Source of the DNA: Acidilobaceae archaeon
Lineage (GTDB): Archaea > Thermoproteota > Thermoprotei_A > Sulfolobales > Acidilobaceae
Assembly: GCA_027039295.1 (NCBI GenBank)
Contig: JALWEW010000058.1
Span: 1 to 37,636 of the forward strand
Direction of reading: 5' to 3'
DNA: 37,636 nucleotides
How positions within the stretch are numbered: the stretch's first letter is position 1; each line of letters starts with the position of its first letter. Below the pieces are notes generated by a model. The model saw only the letters and a program-made list of their open reading frames with translations. It made no database searches and was not told the DNA's origin. The position numbers and the translations under genes are program-made. Positions 17,260 through 26,392 of the stretch are shown one piece after another.

Positions 17260-17534
17260 GGATCACGTCGCGCAACCTGCGTTACCACGAGCTTATAGGT
17301 CTCGAGGTCGAGGTTCTGAGGCACTACGACCCGGGCCTCATTGGCATCAGGGGGAGGGTGGCCTGGGAGACCCGGCGGGCCCTCCTCGTAGAGAGTGGGA
17401 GACGAGGCCTGCTCCTAATCCTTAAAAGTGGTGCTCTCCTAGCATTCCACCTCCCCGGCGGGAGGAGGGTGGTGGTCCCTGGAGACGAGCTCATGGGGGA
17501 CCCGATAGAGAGACTTAAGAGGCTTAGGAGGTGA
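17256..17534 (+). CDS. rnp1: RNase P protein component 1 (Rpp29/Pop4)
   Basis: HELIGLEVEVLRHYDPGLIGIRGRVAWETRRALLVE. Sits in the conserved archaeal position between L29 and S17. The TTG start overlaps the L29 stop. Confidence 0.88.
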   Translation: MRITSRNLRYHELIGLEVEVLRHYDPGLIGIRGRVAWETRRALLVESGRRGLLLILKSGALLAFHLPGGRRVVVPGDELMGDPIERLKRLRR

Positions 17535-17541
17535 GTAGCCG

Positions 17542-17895
17542 GTGCCAGCCCCGAAGGCGTTGAAGAACCTCTCAATCCCGGGGGTGGAGCCCCCAAAGAG
17601 GACCTGTGACGACCCCAACTGCCCCTGGCACGGGCACTTGAGGGTTAGGGGAGTGCTACTCGAGGGTATAGTGGAGAAGCTCAGAGCGAAGGGGACCGCT
17701 GTTGTGAGGCACGACTACATATACTACGTGAAGAAGTATAAGAGGTACGAGAAGAGGAGTAAACGCATCAAGGCCCATGTGCCGCCGTGCATAGACGTTA
17801 AGGAGGGTGACCTAGTCGTAATAGGGGAGACGAGGCCCCTCGCCAAGACTGTGAAGTTCGTCGTCCTCGGAGTGAAGAAGAGGGCAGGCGGATAA
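17542..17895 (+). CDS. rps17p: 30S ribosomal protein S17 (uS17)
   Basis: CDDPNCPWHGHLRVRG...VVIGETRPLAKTVKFVVLG. AGGAGGTGA SD 7 nt upstream of the GTG. Confidence 0.95.
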   Translation: MPAPKALKNLSIPGVEPPKRTCDDPNCPWHGHLRVRGVLLEGIVEKLRAKGTAVVRHDYIYYVKKYKRYEKRSKRIKAHVPPCIDVKEGDLVVIGETRPLAKTVKFVVLGVKKRAGG

Positions 17896-17898
17896 GTG

Positions 17899-17905
17899 TA
17901 TAAAG
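17899..17905 (+). promoter_or_regulatory. Possible internal TATA box (TATAAAG) upstream of L14
   Basis: Lies in the 46-nt S17-L14 spacer, centred ~40 nt upstream of ATG 17942. Confidence 0.35.
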
Positions 17906-17941
17906 CCCTCCACTCAGAGCGTGCGTGGGGGATAGAAAGAC

Positions 17942-18364
17942 ATGCCAAAAAAGAAGAAGTATGGCGCAGTGATCTCACGCTTCGGGATCAACACTGGCCT
18001 ACAGGTTGGAAGTTATGTGAGTGTAGCCGATAACAGCGGCGCGAGGGAGGTCATGATTATAAACGTGCCCCTATACAAGACCAGGCTCCGCAGGCTTCCC
18101 AGGGCTGGAGTGGGGGACTTGGTCGTCGCCACCGTTAAGAAGGGCAGCGTCCAGCTGAGGAGGCAGGTCGTCTACGCTGTCGTTGTGAGGCAGAAGAGGC
18201 CCTACAGGAGGCCTGATGGAACCTGGGTAGCATTCGAGGACAACGCTGTTGTGCTGGTTAACCAGGATGGGACTCCGAGGGGCACCGAGATTAGGGGCCC
18301 CATAGCGAGGGAGGCGGCCGAGCGCTGGCCTAGGATAGCGAAGCTCGCCACGATAATAGTCTAG
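17942..18364 (+). CDS. rpl14p: 50S ribosomal protein L14 (uL14)
   Basis: [24 protein letters not shown]...[17 protein letters not shown]. Confidence 0.96.
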   Translation: MPKKKKYGAVISRFGINTGLQVGSYVSVADNSGAREVMIINVPLYKTRLRRLPRAGVGDLVVATVKKGSVQLRRQVVYAVVVRQKRPYRRPDGTWVAFEDNAVVLVNQDGTPRGTEIRGPIAREAAERWPRIAKLATIIV

Positions 18365-18378
18365 GAGGGGTGCGCGTC

Positions 18379-18864
18379 ATGGCTAGGCTCACGAGGAGCA
18401 GGCAGCCCCGAAAGCAGAGGAGGGCCTACTACAGGGCCCCACTGCATGTAAGGCAGAAGCTCATGAGCGCCACTCTCAGCCCGGAGCTGAGGGAGAAGTT
18501 CGGTGTGAGGAGCTTACCGGTTCGCAAGGGCGATAAGGTCAAGGTGATGAGGGGCGACTTCAAGGGTCACGTGGGCAAGGTAGTCAAAGTCGACCTGAAG
18601 AGGTACCGCGTCTACATAGACGGTGTGACCATTAAGAGGAGCGATGGCACGCCAGTGTTCAGGCCTATCCACCCCTCGAACCTGATGATCGTCGAGTTGG
18701 ACCTCAGCGACCCCTGGAGGAAGAAGATCCTCGAGAGGCGTGGGGCGAGGCCAGAGGAGGTCGAGAAAGCCGCTGAAGCTCCCGCCCCAGGCGAGATGCC
18801 CGGAGCCGGGGGTCCCAGTGGTGAGTCCCCCGAGCAGGTTGAGGAGGTGAGCCGGAGTGGCTAG
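18379..18864 (+). CDS. rpl24p: 50S ribosomal protein L24 (uL24) with an acidic/Pro-rich C-terminal tail
   Basis: KOW motif [22 protein letters not shown] 18379 lies 8 nt after AGGAGGGG (the ORF track starts at GTG 18370). Confidence 0.93.
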   Translation: MARLTRSRQPRKQRRAYYRAPLHVRQKLMSATLSPELREKFGVRSLPVRKGDKVKVMRGDFKGHVGKVVKVDLKRYRVYIDGVTIKRSDGTPVFRPIHPSNLMIVELDLSDPWRKKILERRGARPEEVEKAAEAPAPGEMPGAGGPSGESPEQVEEVSRSG

Positions 18865-19615
18865 GATGGGCGGCCAGAGGAGGCTCAAGGCCCTAGCAGC
18901 CCCGAGGTTCTGGCCCATACTCAGGAAGGAGTACAAGTGGACCGTGAAGCCGAGGCCTGGGCCTCATAGCGCTGAGCTGAGCCTGCCACTGCTCCTGATT
19001 GTCAGGAACGTACTAGGCTATGCCAAGACTGCCAGGGAGGCTAGAAAGCTAATTAGCGAGGGCCACTTCAAGGTTGATGGGAGGGTTAGGAAGGACTACA
19101 AGTTCCCAGTAGGCCTAATGGACATAATAGAGGTAGTCGACACGGGTGAGAGGTACAGGTTCGTCCCCTACCCCGTAACGTTCTTCAAGCTGCACAGGAT
19201 CCCCGACACTGAGCCCAACGTTAAGCCAGTCAGGATAAACAATAAGACAACAGTGCGGGGAGGCCACATACAATTGAACCTCCACGATGGCCGGAACATC
19301 CTGATCAGAGTGAAGGACCCGAGGAACCCCGTTGAGGACCACTATAAGACCCTGGGAACTCTTCTCATAACCGTGCCAGAACAGGAGATCAAGGACTACA
19401 TACCCCTAGAGGAGGGCGTCCTAGCAATAACCTTCGCTGGCAGGAACGCTGGCAGAGTCGGCATCGTCAAGGAGATCCAGCACGGCTGGGGTAGGAGGAG
19501 GAGCACCGTGACCCTCCAGGATCGCCGCGGGAACCTCTTCCAGACAAGCCTCGACTACATACTAGTAATAGGCAGAGACACGCCTGTGATAAGCCTCCCG
19601 GAGGGTGCGTGGTGA
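18857..19615 (+). CDS. rps4e: 30S ribosomal protein S4e (eS4)
   Basis: [41 protein letters not shown] 6 nt upstream of GTG 18857. Overlaps the L24 stop. Confidence 0.95.
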   Translation: MARMGGQRRLKALAAPRFWPILRKEYKWTVKPRPGPHSAELSLPLLLIVRNVLGYAKTAREARKLISEGHFKVDGRVRKDYKFPVGLMDIIEVVDTGERYRFVPYPVTFFKLHRIPDTEPNVKPVRINNKTTVRGGHIQLNLHDGRNILIRVKDPRNPVEDHYKTLGTLLITVPEQEIKDYIPLEEGVLAITFAGRNAGRVGIVKEIQHGWGRRRSTVTLQDRRGNLFQTSLDYILVIGRDTPVISLPEGAW

Positions 19616-20187
19616 TGAGCGCCGTACCCCTGCCAGCGGAGACCATTGAGATGATCCTCGAGGACTGGAAGGCTCACCCCATGAAGAAGCCGAGGATAGC
19701 CAAGGTCACAGTCAACATTAGCATAGGCTACAGCGGCGAGAGGCTAATGAAGGCCGCGCAGCTACTCGAAGAGCTGACGGGCCAGAAGCCAGTCTTCAGG
19801 AAGGCCAAGAGGACCATAAGAGCGTTCGGCGTCAGGAAGGGGGAGAACATAGCAGTAATGGTGACCCTGAGAGGCGAGAAGGCCCTGGACTTCCTGAAGA
19901 GGGCGCTGGAGGCTGTTGGCAGGAGGCTCAAGGTCTCCAGCATAGACGAGCATGGGAACGTGAGCTTCGGCATAGAGGAGCACATACTCATACCCGGCGT
20001 GCGCTACGACCCCGAGGTGGGAATACTTGGTATGGACGTTGCAATAACCATCGAGCGCCCCGGCTACAGGATAGCCCGGAGGAAGAGGGCTAAGAGGCCC
20101 CACATTCCACTACGCCATAGGGTTAAGAGGGAGGAGACGATGGTGCTATTAAGTCAGCTGCTCGGGGTCGAGTGGGTAGAGAAGTAG
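19609..20187 (+). CDS. rpl5p: 50S ribosomal protein L5 (uL5)
   Basis: [20 protein letters not shown]...[20 protein letters not shown]. An alternative ATG at 19615 overlaps the S4e stop (TGATG). Confidence 0.95.
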   Translation: MVMSAVPLPAETIEMILEDWKAHPMKKPRIAKVTVNISIGYSGERLMKAAQLLEELTGQKPVFRKAKRTIRAFGVRKGENIAVMVTLRGEKALDFLKRALEAVGRRLKVSSIDEHGNVSFGIEEHILIPGVRYDPEVGILGMDVAITIERPGYRIARRKRAKRPHIPLRHRVKREETMVLLSQLLGVEWVEK

Positions 20188-20200
20188 GGGGTGCTGGTGC

Positions 20201-20365
20201 ATGGGTAAGATAAGGCCTCCCAAGCCCAAGATGATGGGGCGCGGGGCCCAGAAGTGTATGAGATGCGGTACCCGCGACGCCGTGATACAGAAGTACGGCC
20301 TGTACCTGTGCAGGCAGTGCTTCAGGGAGGTAGCAGAGCTGCTGGGCTTCAAGAAGTACAGATGA
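20201..20365 (+). CDS. rps14p: 30S ribosomal protein S14 type Z (uS14), 54 aa; absent from the ORF track
   Basis: My own translation gives [54 protein letters not shown]. It has a CxxC..CxxC zinc knuckle and sits in the canonical position between L5 and S8. Confidence 0.92.
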   Translation: MGKIRPPKPKMMGRGAQKCMRCGTRDAVIQKYGLYLCRQCFREVAELLGFKKYR

Positions 20366-20390
20366 GGGCCGGGGGTGGTGCCTCGTGGTG

Positions 20391-20786
20391 ATGCTCGATA
20401 CCCTAGCTAACGCCCTCGCAACCATATACAACGCCGAGATGAGGGGTAAGAGGGAGGCAATCATAATGCCTGCCAGCAAGCTGATAGCATCCGTGTTGAG
20501 GGTGCTACAGAGGGAGGGCTACATAGGTAACTTCGAGTACATAGACGACGGCAGGTGGGGCAAGTTCAGGGTGGAGCTCCTCGGCAGGATTAACAAGATA
20601 GGAGTGATCAAACCCCGCTTCCCGGTCAGCTACAGGGAGCTAGCGCGCATGCCGGAGTGGCTGAGGAAATACCTCGCTAGCAGGGACATAGGAGTCCTAA
20701 TAATCAGCACTAGCAAGGGAGTAATGACTCACAGAGAGGCAATCCAGAACAAGATAGGCGGCGTACTTCTCGCCTACGTATACTAG
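20391..20786 (+). CDS. rps8p: 30S ribosomal protein S8 (uS8)
   Basis: [20 protein letters not shown]...[11 protein letters not shown] 20391 (the ORF track starts at GTG 20385). Confidence 0.95.
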   Translation: MLDTLANALATIYNAEMRGKREAIIMPASKLIASVLRVLQREGYIGNFEYIDDGRWGKFRVELLGRINKIGVIKPRFPVSYRELARMPEWLRKYLASRDIGVLIISTSKGVMTHREAIQNKIGGVLLAYVY

Positions 20787-20803
20787 CCCCCCTCGCATTC
20801 CTC

Positions 20804-20821
20804 CAGAGAGCAGGCTCTCTG
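20804..20821 (+). promoter_or_regulatory. Stem-loop just after the S8 stop (7 bp, tetraloop)
   Basis: CAGAGAG-CAGG-CTCTCTG, paired by hand. Function unknown. Confidence 0.3.
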
Positions 20822-20976
20822 CATGCCAGCCGATTCTAGCCTGCCCGAGTGACTGCGTCACGTGGCCCCCGTACCTCAAGCCAATCCTGAAGAGGGCTAC
20901 CCCGGGGGGCTGGGGCTATGGGGCCTGTTGCGAGTGCGCTGGAGTAAGCGGCTTCTACACGTCAACCTTTTCAACC

Positions 20977-21017
20977 CTAGAGCTACCCGCCGCCTCCTAC
21001 GGGTGGCCTGGCTCTAG
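20977..21017 (+). promoter_or_regulatory. Interrupted 13-bp stem-loop upstream of L6 with a CUCCU (anti-SD-like) loop
   Basis: CTAGAGC (20977-83) pairs with GCTCTAG (21011-17), and TACCCG (20984-89) pairs with CGGGTG (21000-05). The loop is CCGCCTCCTA, with a 5-nt bulge on the 3' arm. It ends 26 nt before ATG 21044. Confidence 0.35.
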
Positions 21018-21043
21018 AGTGTAGCAGGAGAGGGGTGCTGTGA

Positions 21044-21595
21044 ATGGCTAAGGACGTCCACGTGGTCAAGACAGTCGAGATACCGGAGGGAGTAGAGGTT
21101 AGGATAGAGGGGGCTAAAGTCACAGTTAGGGGCCCGAAGGGTGAGCTGTCCAGGGACTTCAGCCACGCCAGGGACATCATCATGAGGGTTGAGGATGGGA
21201 AGTTCGTTGTCGAGGCCTACTTTGCACGATCCCGTGAGAGGGCGCTTGTGGGCACTATAGCAGCCCACGTGAGAAACATGATCCTAGGGGTCACGAAGGG
21301 GTTCCGCTATAAGCTGAAGATAATCTACAGCCACTTCCCGATGAACGTCAAGGTCGAGGGGGACAGGGTTGTGATAAGCAACTTCCTCGGGGAGAGGGCC
21401 CCCAGAGTGGCCAGGATCCTACCCGGCGTCAAGGTCCAGGTTAAGGGGCAGGACGTGATAGTCGAGGGAACCGATATTGAGAGGGTCGCGCAGACCGCCG
21501 CAAACATAGAAAGGGCTACTAAGATCAGCGACCTGGATAGGAGGAAGTTCATGGATGGGATATACATCTACGCCCGGGAGGTGATAGAGCAGTGA
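21044..21595 (+). CDS. rpl6p: 50S ribosomal protein L6 (uL6)
   Basis: VEIPEGVEVRIEGAKVTVRGPKGELSRDF...YSHFPMNVKVEGD. Confidence 0.95.
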   Translation: MAKDVHVVKTVEIPEGVEVRIEGAKVTVRGPKGELSRDFSHARDIIMRVEDGKFVVEAYFARSRERALVGTIAAHVRNMILGVTKGFRYKLKIIYSHFPMNVKVEGDRVVISNFLGERAPRVARILPGVKVQVKGQDVIVEGTDIERVAQTAANIERATKISDLDRRKFMDGIYIYAREVIEQ

Positions 21596-22020
21596 GCGAG
21601 CGTGCCGGGAGGGAGGAGGTCCTCAGGGCTCTCAGGGAGCGTAGGAGGCTTCAGAGGCGCATGTGGAGGGAGAGGAGGAGCAGGCCAGTGTTCCTCAGGT
21701 ATCTCTCGTGGAGGTTCTGGAAGTTCGAGAGGAGGGAGTACTGGAGGAAGCCCAAGGGCAACGATAACAAGATGCGCCTTCAACTCAAGGGTTACCCGCC
21801 CATAGTCAAGGTCGGCTACCGGACGCCCTCCAGCTTCAGGGGCCTCCACCCGAGCGGGCTGGAGCCCGTGGTTGTGCACTCGGAGAGAGATCTGGAGGGC
21901 CTGGAGCCGGGGAGGCACATAGTCTATATAGCCTCGACCGTGGGCCTGCGGAAGCGCTTAGAGCTTATCAGAGCGGCCCGGGAGAGGGGGCTGAGGGTGG
22001 CTAACGCGGGGGCTGTGTAG
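21592..22020 (+). CDS. rpl32e: 50S ribosomal protein L32e (eL32)
   Basis: FLRYLSWRFWKFERREYWRKPKGNDNKMRLQLKGYPPIVKVGYRTP. The GTG start overlaps the L6 stop (GTGA). Confidence 0.93.
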   Translation: MSERAGREEVLRALRERRRLQRRMWRERRSRPVFLRYLSWRFWKFERREYWRKPKGNDNKMRLQLKGYPPIVKVGYRTPSSFRGLHPSGLEPVVVHSERDLEGLEPGRHIVYIASTVGLRKRLELIRAARERGLRVANAGAV

Positions 22021-22022
22021 CG

Positions 22023-22478
22023 ATGGACTACAGGCTGCAGAGGAGGCTCGCAGCAGAGCTGCTGGGGGTAGGCGAGAGCAGGATATGGATAAACCCGGAC
22101 CCCGAGTATGCCGAGGACATAGAGCAGGCCCTGACGAGGAGGGATGTCGAGAACCTCATAAAGAGGGGCCTGATAAGGGTCATACCAGCCAAGGGCAACG
22201 CCCACAGGTGGCTGGAGAGGCGCAGGCAGAGGGCTAAGGGCAGGAGGAGGGGGCCCGGTAAGAGGAAGGGCCCCGCCACCGCGAGGAGCGACCCCAAGGA
22301 GGAGTGGATGCATAGAATTAGGAGGATACGCCGCTACCTGAGGTGGCTCAGGGACCACGGCGTCATAGACAGGCGGACCTACAGGAGGCTCTACAGGCTC
22401 GCTAAGGGAGGGGCGTTCAGGAGCCTCTCAGCCCTCAGGAAGCACCTCGAGGAGGAGGGGATAATCAGGCAGGGGTGA
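22023..22478 (+). CDS. rpl19e: 50S ribosomal protein L19e (eL19)
   Basis: LQRRLAAELLGVGESRIWINPD...RRGPGKRKG. Confidence 0.94.
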   Translation: MDYRLQRRLAAELLGVGESRIWINPDPEYAEDIEQALTRRDVENLIKRGLIRVIPAKGNAHRWLERRRQRAKGRRRGPGKRKGPATARSDPKEEWMHRIRRIRRYLRWLRDHGVIDRRTYRRLYRLAKGGAFRSLSALRKHLEEEGIIRQG

Positions 22479-22484
22479 CGAGCC

Positions 22485-23120
22485 ATGGGTCACGGCCCAA
22501 GGTATAGGGTTCCCTGGAGGAGGCGCAGGGAGGGCAAGACCAACTACTACAAGAGGCTTAAGCTCATTAGAAGCGGCAAGCCCCGCCTCGTGGTGAGGAG
22601 GACGAACAAGTACATCATAGTCCAAGTGGCCGAGGCCAGGATAGAGGGGGACCGGATGATAGCAGTTGCCCATAGCAGGGAGCTAGTCAAGAGGTACGGG
22701 TGGCTAGGTGGCACCGCTAATACCAGCGCCGCCTACCTAACCGGGTTCCTAGCCGCCCTGAGGGCGCGGAGGGCCGGTGTGGAGGAGGCAGTACTAGACA
22801 TAGGCCTAGCAACCCCCACCCCCGGCAGCAGGGTCTTCGCCGCCCTCAAGGGAGCGCTAGACGCTGGCCTGAGGGTGCCCCACTCGCCCGAGATACTACC
22901 GGGCGAGGAGAGGATCCGGGGAGTCCACATAGCCGAGTGGGCCTCCAAGCTAGCTGAGAGTGATAGGGAGAGGTATGAGCGCCTGTTCAGTAAGTACCTA
23001 TCGAGAGGCCTGCGCCCAGAGGACCTCCCGGCTCACTTCGACGAGGTCCTCTCGAGGATACGCGAGGAGTACTCGGATCTCCTAGCGGAGAGGAGTGAGG
23101 CCGTTGGGGGTGGTGAGTAG
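22485..23120 (+). CDS. rpl18p: 50S ribosomal protein L18 (uL18)
   Basis: [37 protein letters not shown]. Confidence 0.95.
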   Translation: MGHGPRYRVPWRRRREGKTNYYKRLKLIRSGKPRLVVRRTNKYIIVQVAEARIEGDRMIAVAHSRELVKRYGWLGGTANTSAAYLTGFLAALRARRAGVEEAVLDIGLATPTPGSRVFAALKGALDAGLRVPHSPEILPGEERIRGVHIAEWASKLAESDRERYERLFSKYLSRGLRPEDLPAHFDEVLSRIREEYSDLLAERSEAVGGGE

Positions 23121-23122
23121 GG

Positions 23123-23794
23123 ATGGCTAGGGGTAGGAGATCGTCCGGGCCTCGGCCCGCGGTTAGTCCCCCCGAGGTCCTCGAGGCATGGGAGCCGAGG
23201 ACCCGAGTGGGGCGTATGGTGAAGGAGGGTAAGATCACGAGTATAGACGAGATCTTCAAGATGAACCTGCCCATACTGGAACCTGAGATAGTAGACATAC
23301 TCCTACCCGACCTCAAGCACGAGGTGATCGACGTCAGCATAGTGCAGAAGATGACTGACGCCGGCAGGATAACGAGGTTCAGGGCTGTAGTCGTGGTTGG
23401 CAACGGCGATGGCTATGTGGGTCTAGGCAAGGGTAAGGCCAGGCAGTTCAGGTTCGCTATAGAGAAGGCGATAAGGAACGCGAAGCTCAACATAACACCC
23501 GTGAGGAGGGGTTGCGGTAGCTGGGAGTGCACCTGCGGAGAACCCCACAGCGTGCCCTTCACCGTTAGGGGCAAGAGCGGCAGCGTCGAGGTCATACTAA
23601 AACCCGCCCCTAAGGGTACTGGCCTCGTTGCTGGTGATGTGGCGAAGACTGTGCTTAGGATGGCCGGTATAAGGGATGTCTGGAGCTTTACGAAGGGCGA
23701 GACAAGGACCAGCTACAACTTCGCCAGGGCGACTTATCTAGCGCTTAGGGCTACGTACAAGTTCGTCACGCCGCTGGACTGGGCTAGGGTGTAG
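23123..23794 (+). CDS. rps5p: 30S ribosomal protein S5 (uS5)
   Basis: [26 protein letters not shown]...[12 protein letters not shown]. Confidence 0.96.
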   Translation: MARGRRSSGPRPAVSPPEVLEAWEPRTRVGRMVKEGKITSIDEIFKMNLPILEPEIVDILLPDLKHEVIDVSIVQKMTDAGRITRFRAVVVVGNGDGYVGLGKGKARQFRFAIEKAIRNAKLNITPVRRGCGSWECTCGEPHSVPFTVRGKSGSVEVILKPAPKGTGLVAGDVAKTVLRMAGIRDVWSFTKGETRTSYNFARATYLALRATYKFVTPLDWARV

Positions 23795-23810
23795 TCCTCC
23801 AGGGGGGTGC

Positions 23811-24299
23811 ATGGGAGTGCCGCTCTACGCCATAATAAGGATACGCGGCACAGTGGATGTTAGGCCGGACGTCGAGGCCACCCTGGGGATGCTCAGGCTT
23901 CATAGGCGCTACACGGCATCCCTATACCACAGCAGCCTACCCGGCATCGAAGGCATGCTCAGGAAGGTCGAGAACTGGACCACGTGGGGCGAGATAGACG
24001 TTGACACCCTAACAGAGCTGCTTAGGAGGAGGGGTAGGCTACTCGGCGAGAAGCCTATAAATGACCTGTGGGTGGCCGAGAACCTCAAGATACTGGGTGG
24101 TGTCGAGGAGCTCGCCAGGAAGCTAGTTGAGGGCGAGATACACTATCACAAGCTGGAGAAGTATGGTGTGAAGCCCTTCTTCAGGCTCCACCCCCCGCGC
24201 GGGGGATTCAAAGGCTCCATAAAGAAGCACTACAAGATAGGCGGGGAGCTAGGGTACCGCGGCGAGGCAATAAACGATCTGATAAGGAGGATGCTCTAG
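23811..24299 (+). CDS. rpl30p: 50S ribosomal protein L30 (uL30)
   Basis: [32 protein letters not shown]. Confidence 0.94.
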   Translation: MGVPLYAIIRIRGTVDVRPDVEATLGMLRLHRRYTASLYHSSLPGIEGMLRKVENWTTWGEIDVDTLTELLRRRGRLLGEKPINDLWVAENLKILGGVEELARKLVEGEIHYHKLEKYGVKPFFRLHPPRGGFKGSIKKHYKIGGELGYRGEAINDLIRRML

Positions 24300-24318
24300 C
24301 CCAGGGGGTGCCTGCGGC

Positions 24319-24786
24319 ATGGTAGTCCGGAGGAGGAGGAAGTCGAGGAAGCTCAGGGGCCGAACCCGCACTATGGGCTGGGGCAGGATAGGCCAGCACA
24401 GGAAGAGCGGTAGCAGGGGAGGCTTCGGCGCGGCTGGAATGCACAAGCACAGGTGGACCTGGGTAATCAAGTACGCCCCCACATGGTTCGGGAAGAAGGG
24501 CTTCAACCCGCCAAGAATAAGGGCTGGCTACAGGCCCGTCACGATAAACCTTGGAGAGCTGCAGGAACTTGTCGATAAGCTTGCTAGCAGGGGGGAGGCC
24601 AGGAGGGAGGACGGACTAATAGTTGTAGACCTCCAGTCAATGGGCATACACAAGCTACTCGGCCGGGGGACCGTGAGGACCCCCATGAAAGTCATTGTCC
24701 CGTACGCCAGCGAGCAGGCCATCCAGAAGATACAGGAGGCTGGCGGGACAGTAATCCTCACCGCCACTCTACAGGCCGAGGAGTAA
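24319..24786 (+). CDS. rpl15p: 50S ribosomal protein L15 (uL15)
   Basis: [36 protein letters not shown]. Confidence 0.95.
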   Translation: MVVRRRRKSRKLRGRTRTMGWGRIGQHRKSGSRGGFGAAGMHKHRWTWVIKYAPTWFGKKGFNPPRIRAGYRPVTINLGELQELVDKLASRGEARREDGLIVVDLQSMGIHKLLGRGTVRTPMKVIVPYASEQAIQKIQEAGGTVILTATLQAEE

Positions 24787-25026
24787 AAGCGGGGGGCCCT
24801 AGCCTCATCACTCCTAAACCCTCCTTAATATAGAGGCTCCAAGCGCTTCCAAATCCCCACACTATACAGCATGTAACTCCTCCGTAGTCCTATCCAGCCC
24901 GGTATAGGCTCCATACCCCGCGAGGATCCTAGCTTAGTAACCTATAGCCGAAGCGAAGCCGAGGATCGGTTTGGCTATGAGAAGAAGAGTAGAAGGCGGT
25001 TACGAAGGGAACGGGGGGGATGAGAG

Positions 25027-25067
25027 AAAACTTGCCGCGATCGAGATGGGGGAGAGGAGGGTCTCCC
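25027..25067 (-). terminator. Possible citrate synthase terminator (hairpin + T-tract on the minus strand)
   Basis: GGGAGA-GGAGGG-TCTCCC hairpin at 25050-25067, 5 nt past the stop. A TTTTCTCTC tract on the minus strand (plus-strand AAAA at 25027-25030) follows. Confidence 0.3.
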
Positions 25068-25071
25068 GGGG

Positions 25072-26283
25072 CTACTTCTTGCAGCGCTCCTCGAGTGGCA
25101 CGTACTTGAGGCCGGTGGGGCCGACGTACTTTTCGGTGGGCCTTATTATCTTGTTGTTCTTCACCTGCTCGATGTAGTGAGCGGTCCAGCCGACTATCCT
25201 GCCCATGGCGAAGATGGGTGTGTACATTGGTATGGGTATGCCTAGCTGGTAGTAGAGGACGCCGGTGTAGAAGTCTATGTTGGCTGGGAGCTTCTTCTCC
25301 CTCCACATTACCTCCTCAGCCTTCTTCAGTACCTTCAGCCAGAACTCGCCGTCGGGTAGCTGCTTTATGAACTTGGCGGCTACGTCGGTCCTGGGGTCGT
25401 GGATCTTGTAGACCCTGTGGCCGAAGCCCATTATCTTCTCCTTCCTGGCGAGCTTCTGGAGCAGGTACTCCTCTATGTACTCCTCGAGGGGTTTTCCTGC
25501 CTTCTCAGCCTGCTCCTTAGCCTCGAGCAGCATCTGCATGGCCTTCTCGTTGGCACCGCCGTGTAGTGGGCCCTTCAGGGCTCCGATGCCTCCGGCCACG
25601 GCGCTGTACATGTCGCTGAGGGTGCTGGCGATGACCCTCACGGTGAACGTGCTAGCGTTGAAGCCGTGGTCCATGTAGAGGACGAGGCTGGACTCGAAGG
25701 CCCTCGCCTCCAGGTCGCTGGGCATCCTGCCTATGATCATCCTTAGAGCGTCCTTAGCGTGGTCTAGGTTGGGGTCGGGCCTTATGAACGTGCCATTGTG
25801 GGCCAGGTGCCAGCCAGCCGTGAAGACCACTGGTATGGCAGCTATTAGCCTGAGGGCGTGCTCGTAGAGGAAGTCATCGTCGAACCTCCACTCGGGGGCG
25901 TAGTACTGGCCCAGTAGGGTGACTGCGTAGCTGCCATAGTACATGGGGTGTGTCTTAGCGGCGAGCTTGAGGGCATCGAACACCTTCTCGGGTACCTGGC
26001 CCCTGTAGGTGTCTATCTTCCTCTTGATCTCCCTAAGCTCGTCCTCACAGGGTAGGTGGCCGTAGAGGAACAGGTGCGCCGCCTCATAGAAGCTGGCGTG
26101 CTCTCCTATGTCGGCAATCGTGTACCCGCGATAAATCGTGTGCTGGCCAGTGGGGTCAACGCCGCTTATAGTCGTGGTATCGGGCACAACGTTGTAGAGG
26201 CCCTTGGGTACTATGATGTATCTCCCGAGGGGTCCCTCCTCGTACTTGCACTCAACCTCTATTCTCTTAGCCATTCCACTCAA
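25072..26283 (-). CDS. gltA: Citrate synthase (or 2-methylcitrate synthase) family
   Basis: GFGHRVYKIHDPR signature, LKGPLHGGANE, and an archaeal-type ~400-aa length. The likely start is ATG 26274 (MAKRIEVE...) rather than TTG 26283. Confidence 0.92.
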   Translation of the reverse strand: MSGMAKRIEVECKYEEGPLGRYIIVPKGLYNVVPDTTTISGVDPTGQHTIYRGYTIADIGEHASFYEAAHLFLYGHLPCEDELREIKRKIDTYRGQVPEKVFDALKLAAKTHPMYYGSYAVTLLGQYYAPEWRFDDDFLYEHALRLIAAIPVVFTAGWHLAHNGTFIRPDPNLDHAKDALRMIIGRMPSDLEARAFESSLVLYMDHGFNASTFTVRVIASTLSDMYSAVAGGIGALKGPLHGGANEKAMQMLLEAKEQAEKAGKPLEEYIEEYLLQKLARKEKIMGFGHRVYKIHDPRTDVAAKFIKQLPDGEFWLKVLKKAEEVMWREKKLPANIDFYTGVLYYQLGIPIPMYTPIFAMGRIVGWTAHYIEQVKNNKIIRPTEKYVGPTGLKYVPLEERCKK

Positions 26284-26366
26284 CCCCCTTGGGGCCAGGG
26301 TATAGGAACCTCATATATGGATATATTCCTACGTACTCGTCCTACTTGACAGAGCCTAATGGGTAG

Positions 26367-26374
26367 TTCAAATA
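26367..26374 (+). promoter_or_regulatory. TATA-like box (TTCAAATA) for panE
   Basis: Its centre is ~23 nt upstream of ATG 26393, consistent with a leaderless mRNA. Confidence 0.35.
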
Positions 26375-26392
26375 CGCCGCGGGTGCCAGTAC

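Noticed and set aside
20787-21043. C/D-box sRNA or tRNA in the S8-L6 spacer (and in 24787-25071)
   Set aside because: There is no TGATGA C box paired with a CTGA D box at sRNA spacing, and no cloverleaf. The spacers are kept as findings only for their hairpins.
21568-22358. Minus-strand 116-aa, 144-aa and 89-aa ORFs across L32e/L19e, and similar ORFs across the other r-protein genes
   Set aside because: Shadow ORFs of highly conserved r-protein genes.
24971-25177. 68-aa plus-strand ORF starting in the L15-gltA spacer
   Set aside because: Two thirds of it is antisense to the citrate synthase 3' end. It has no motif, no SD and a weak TTG start.
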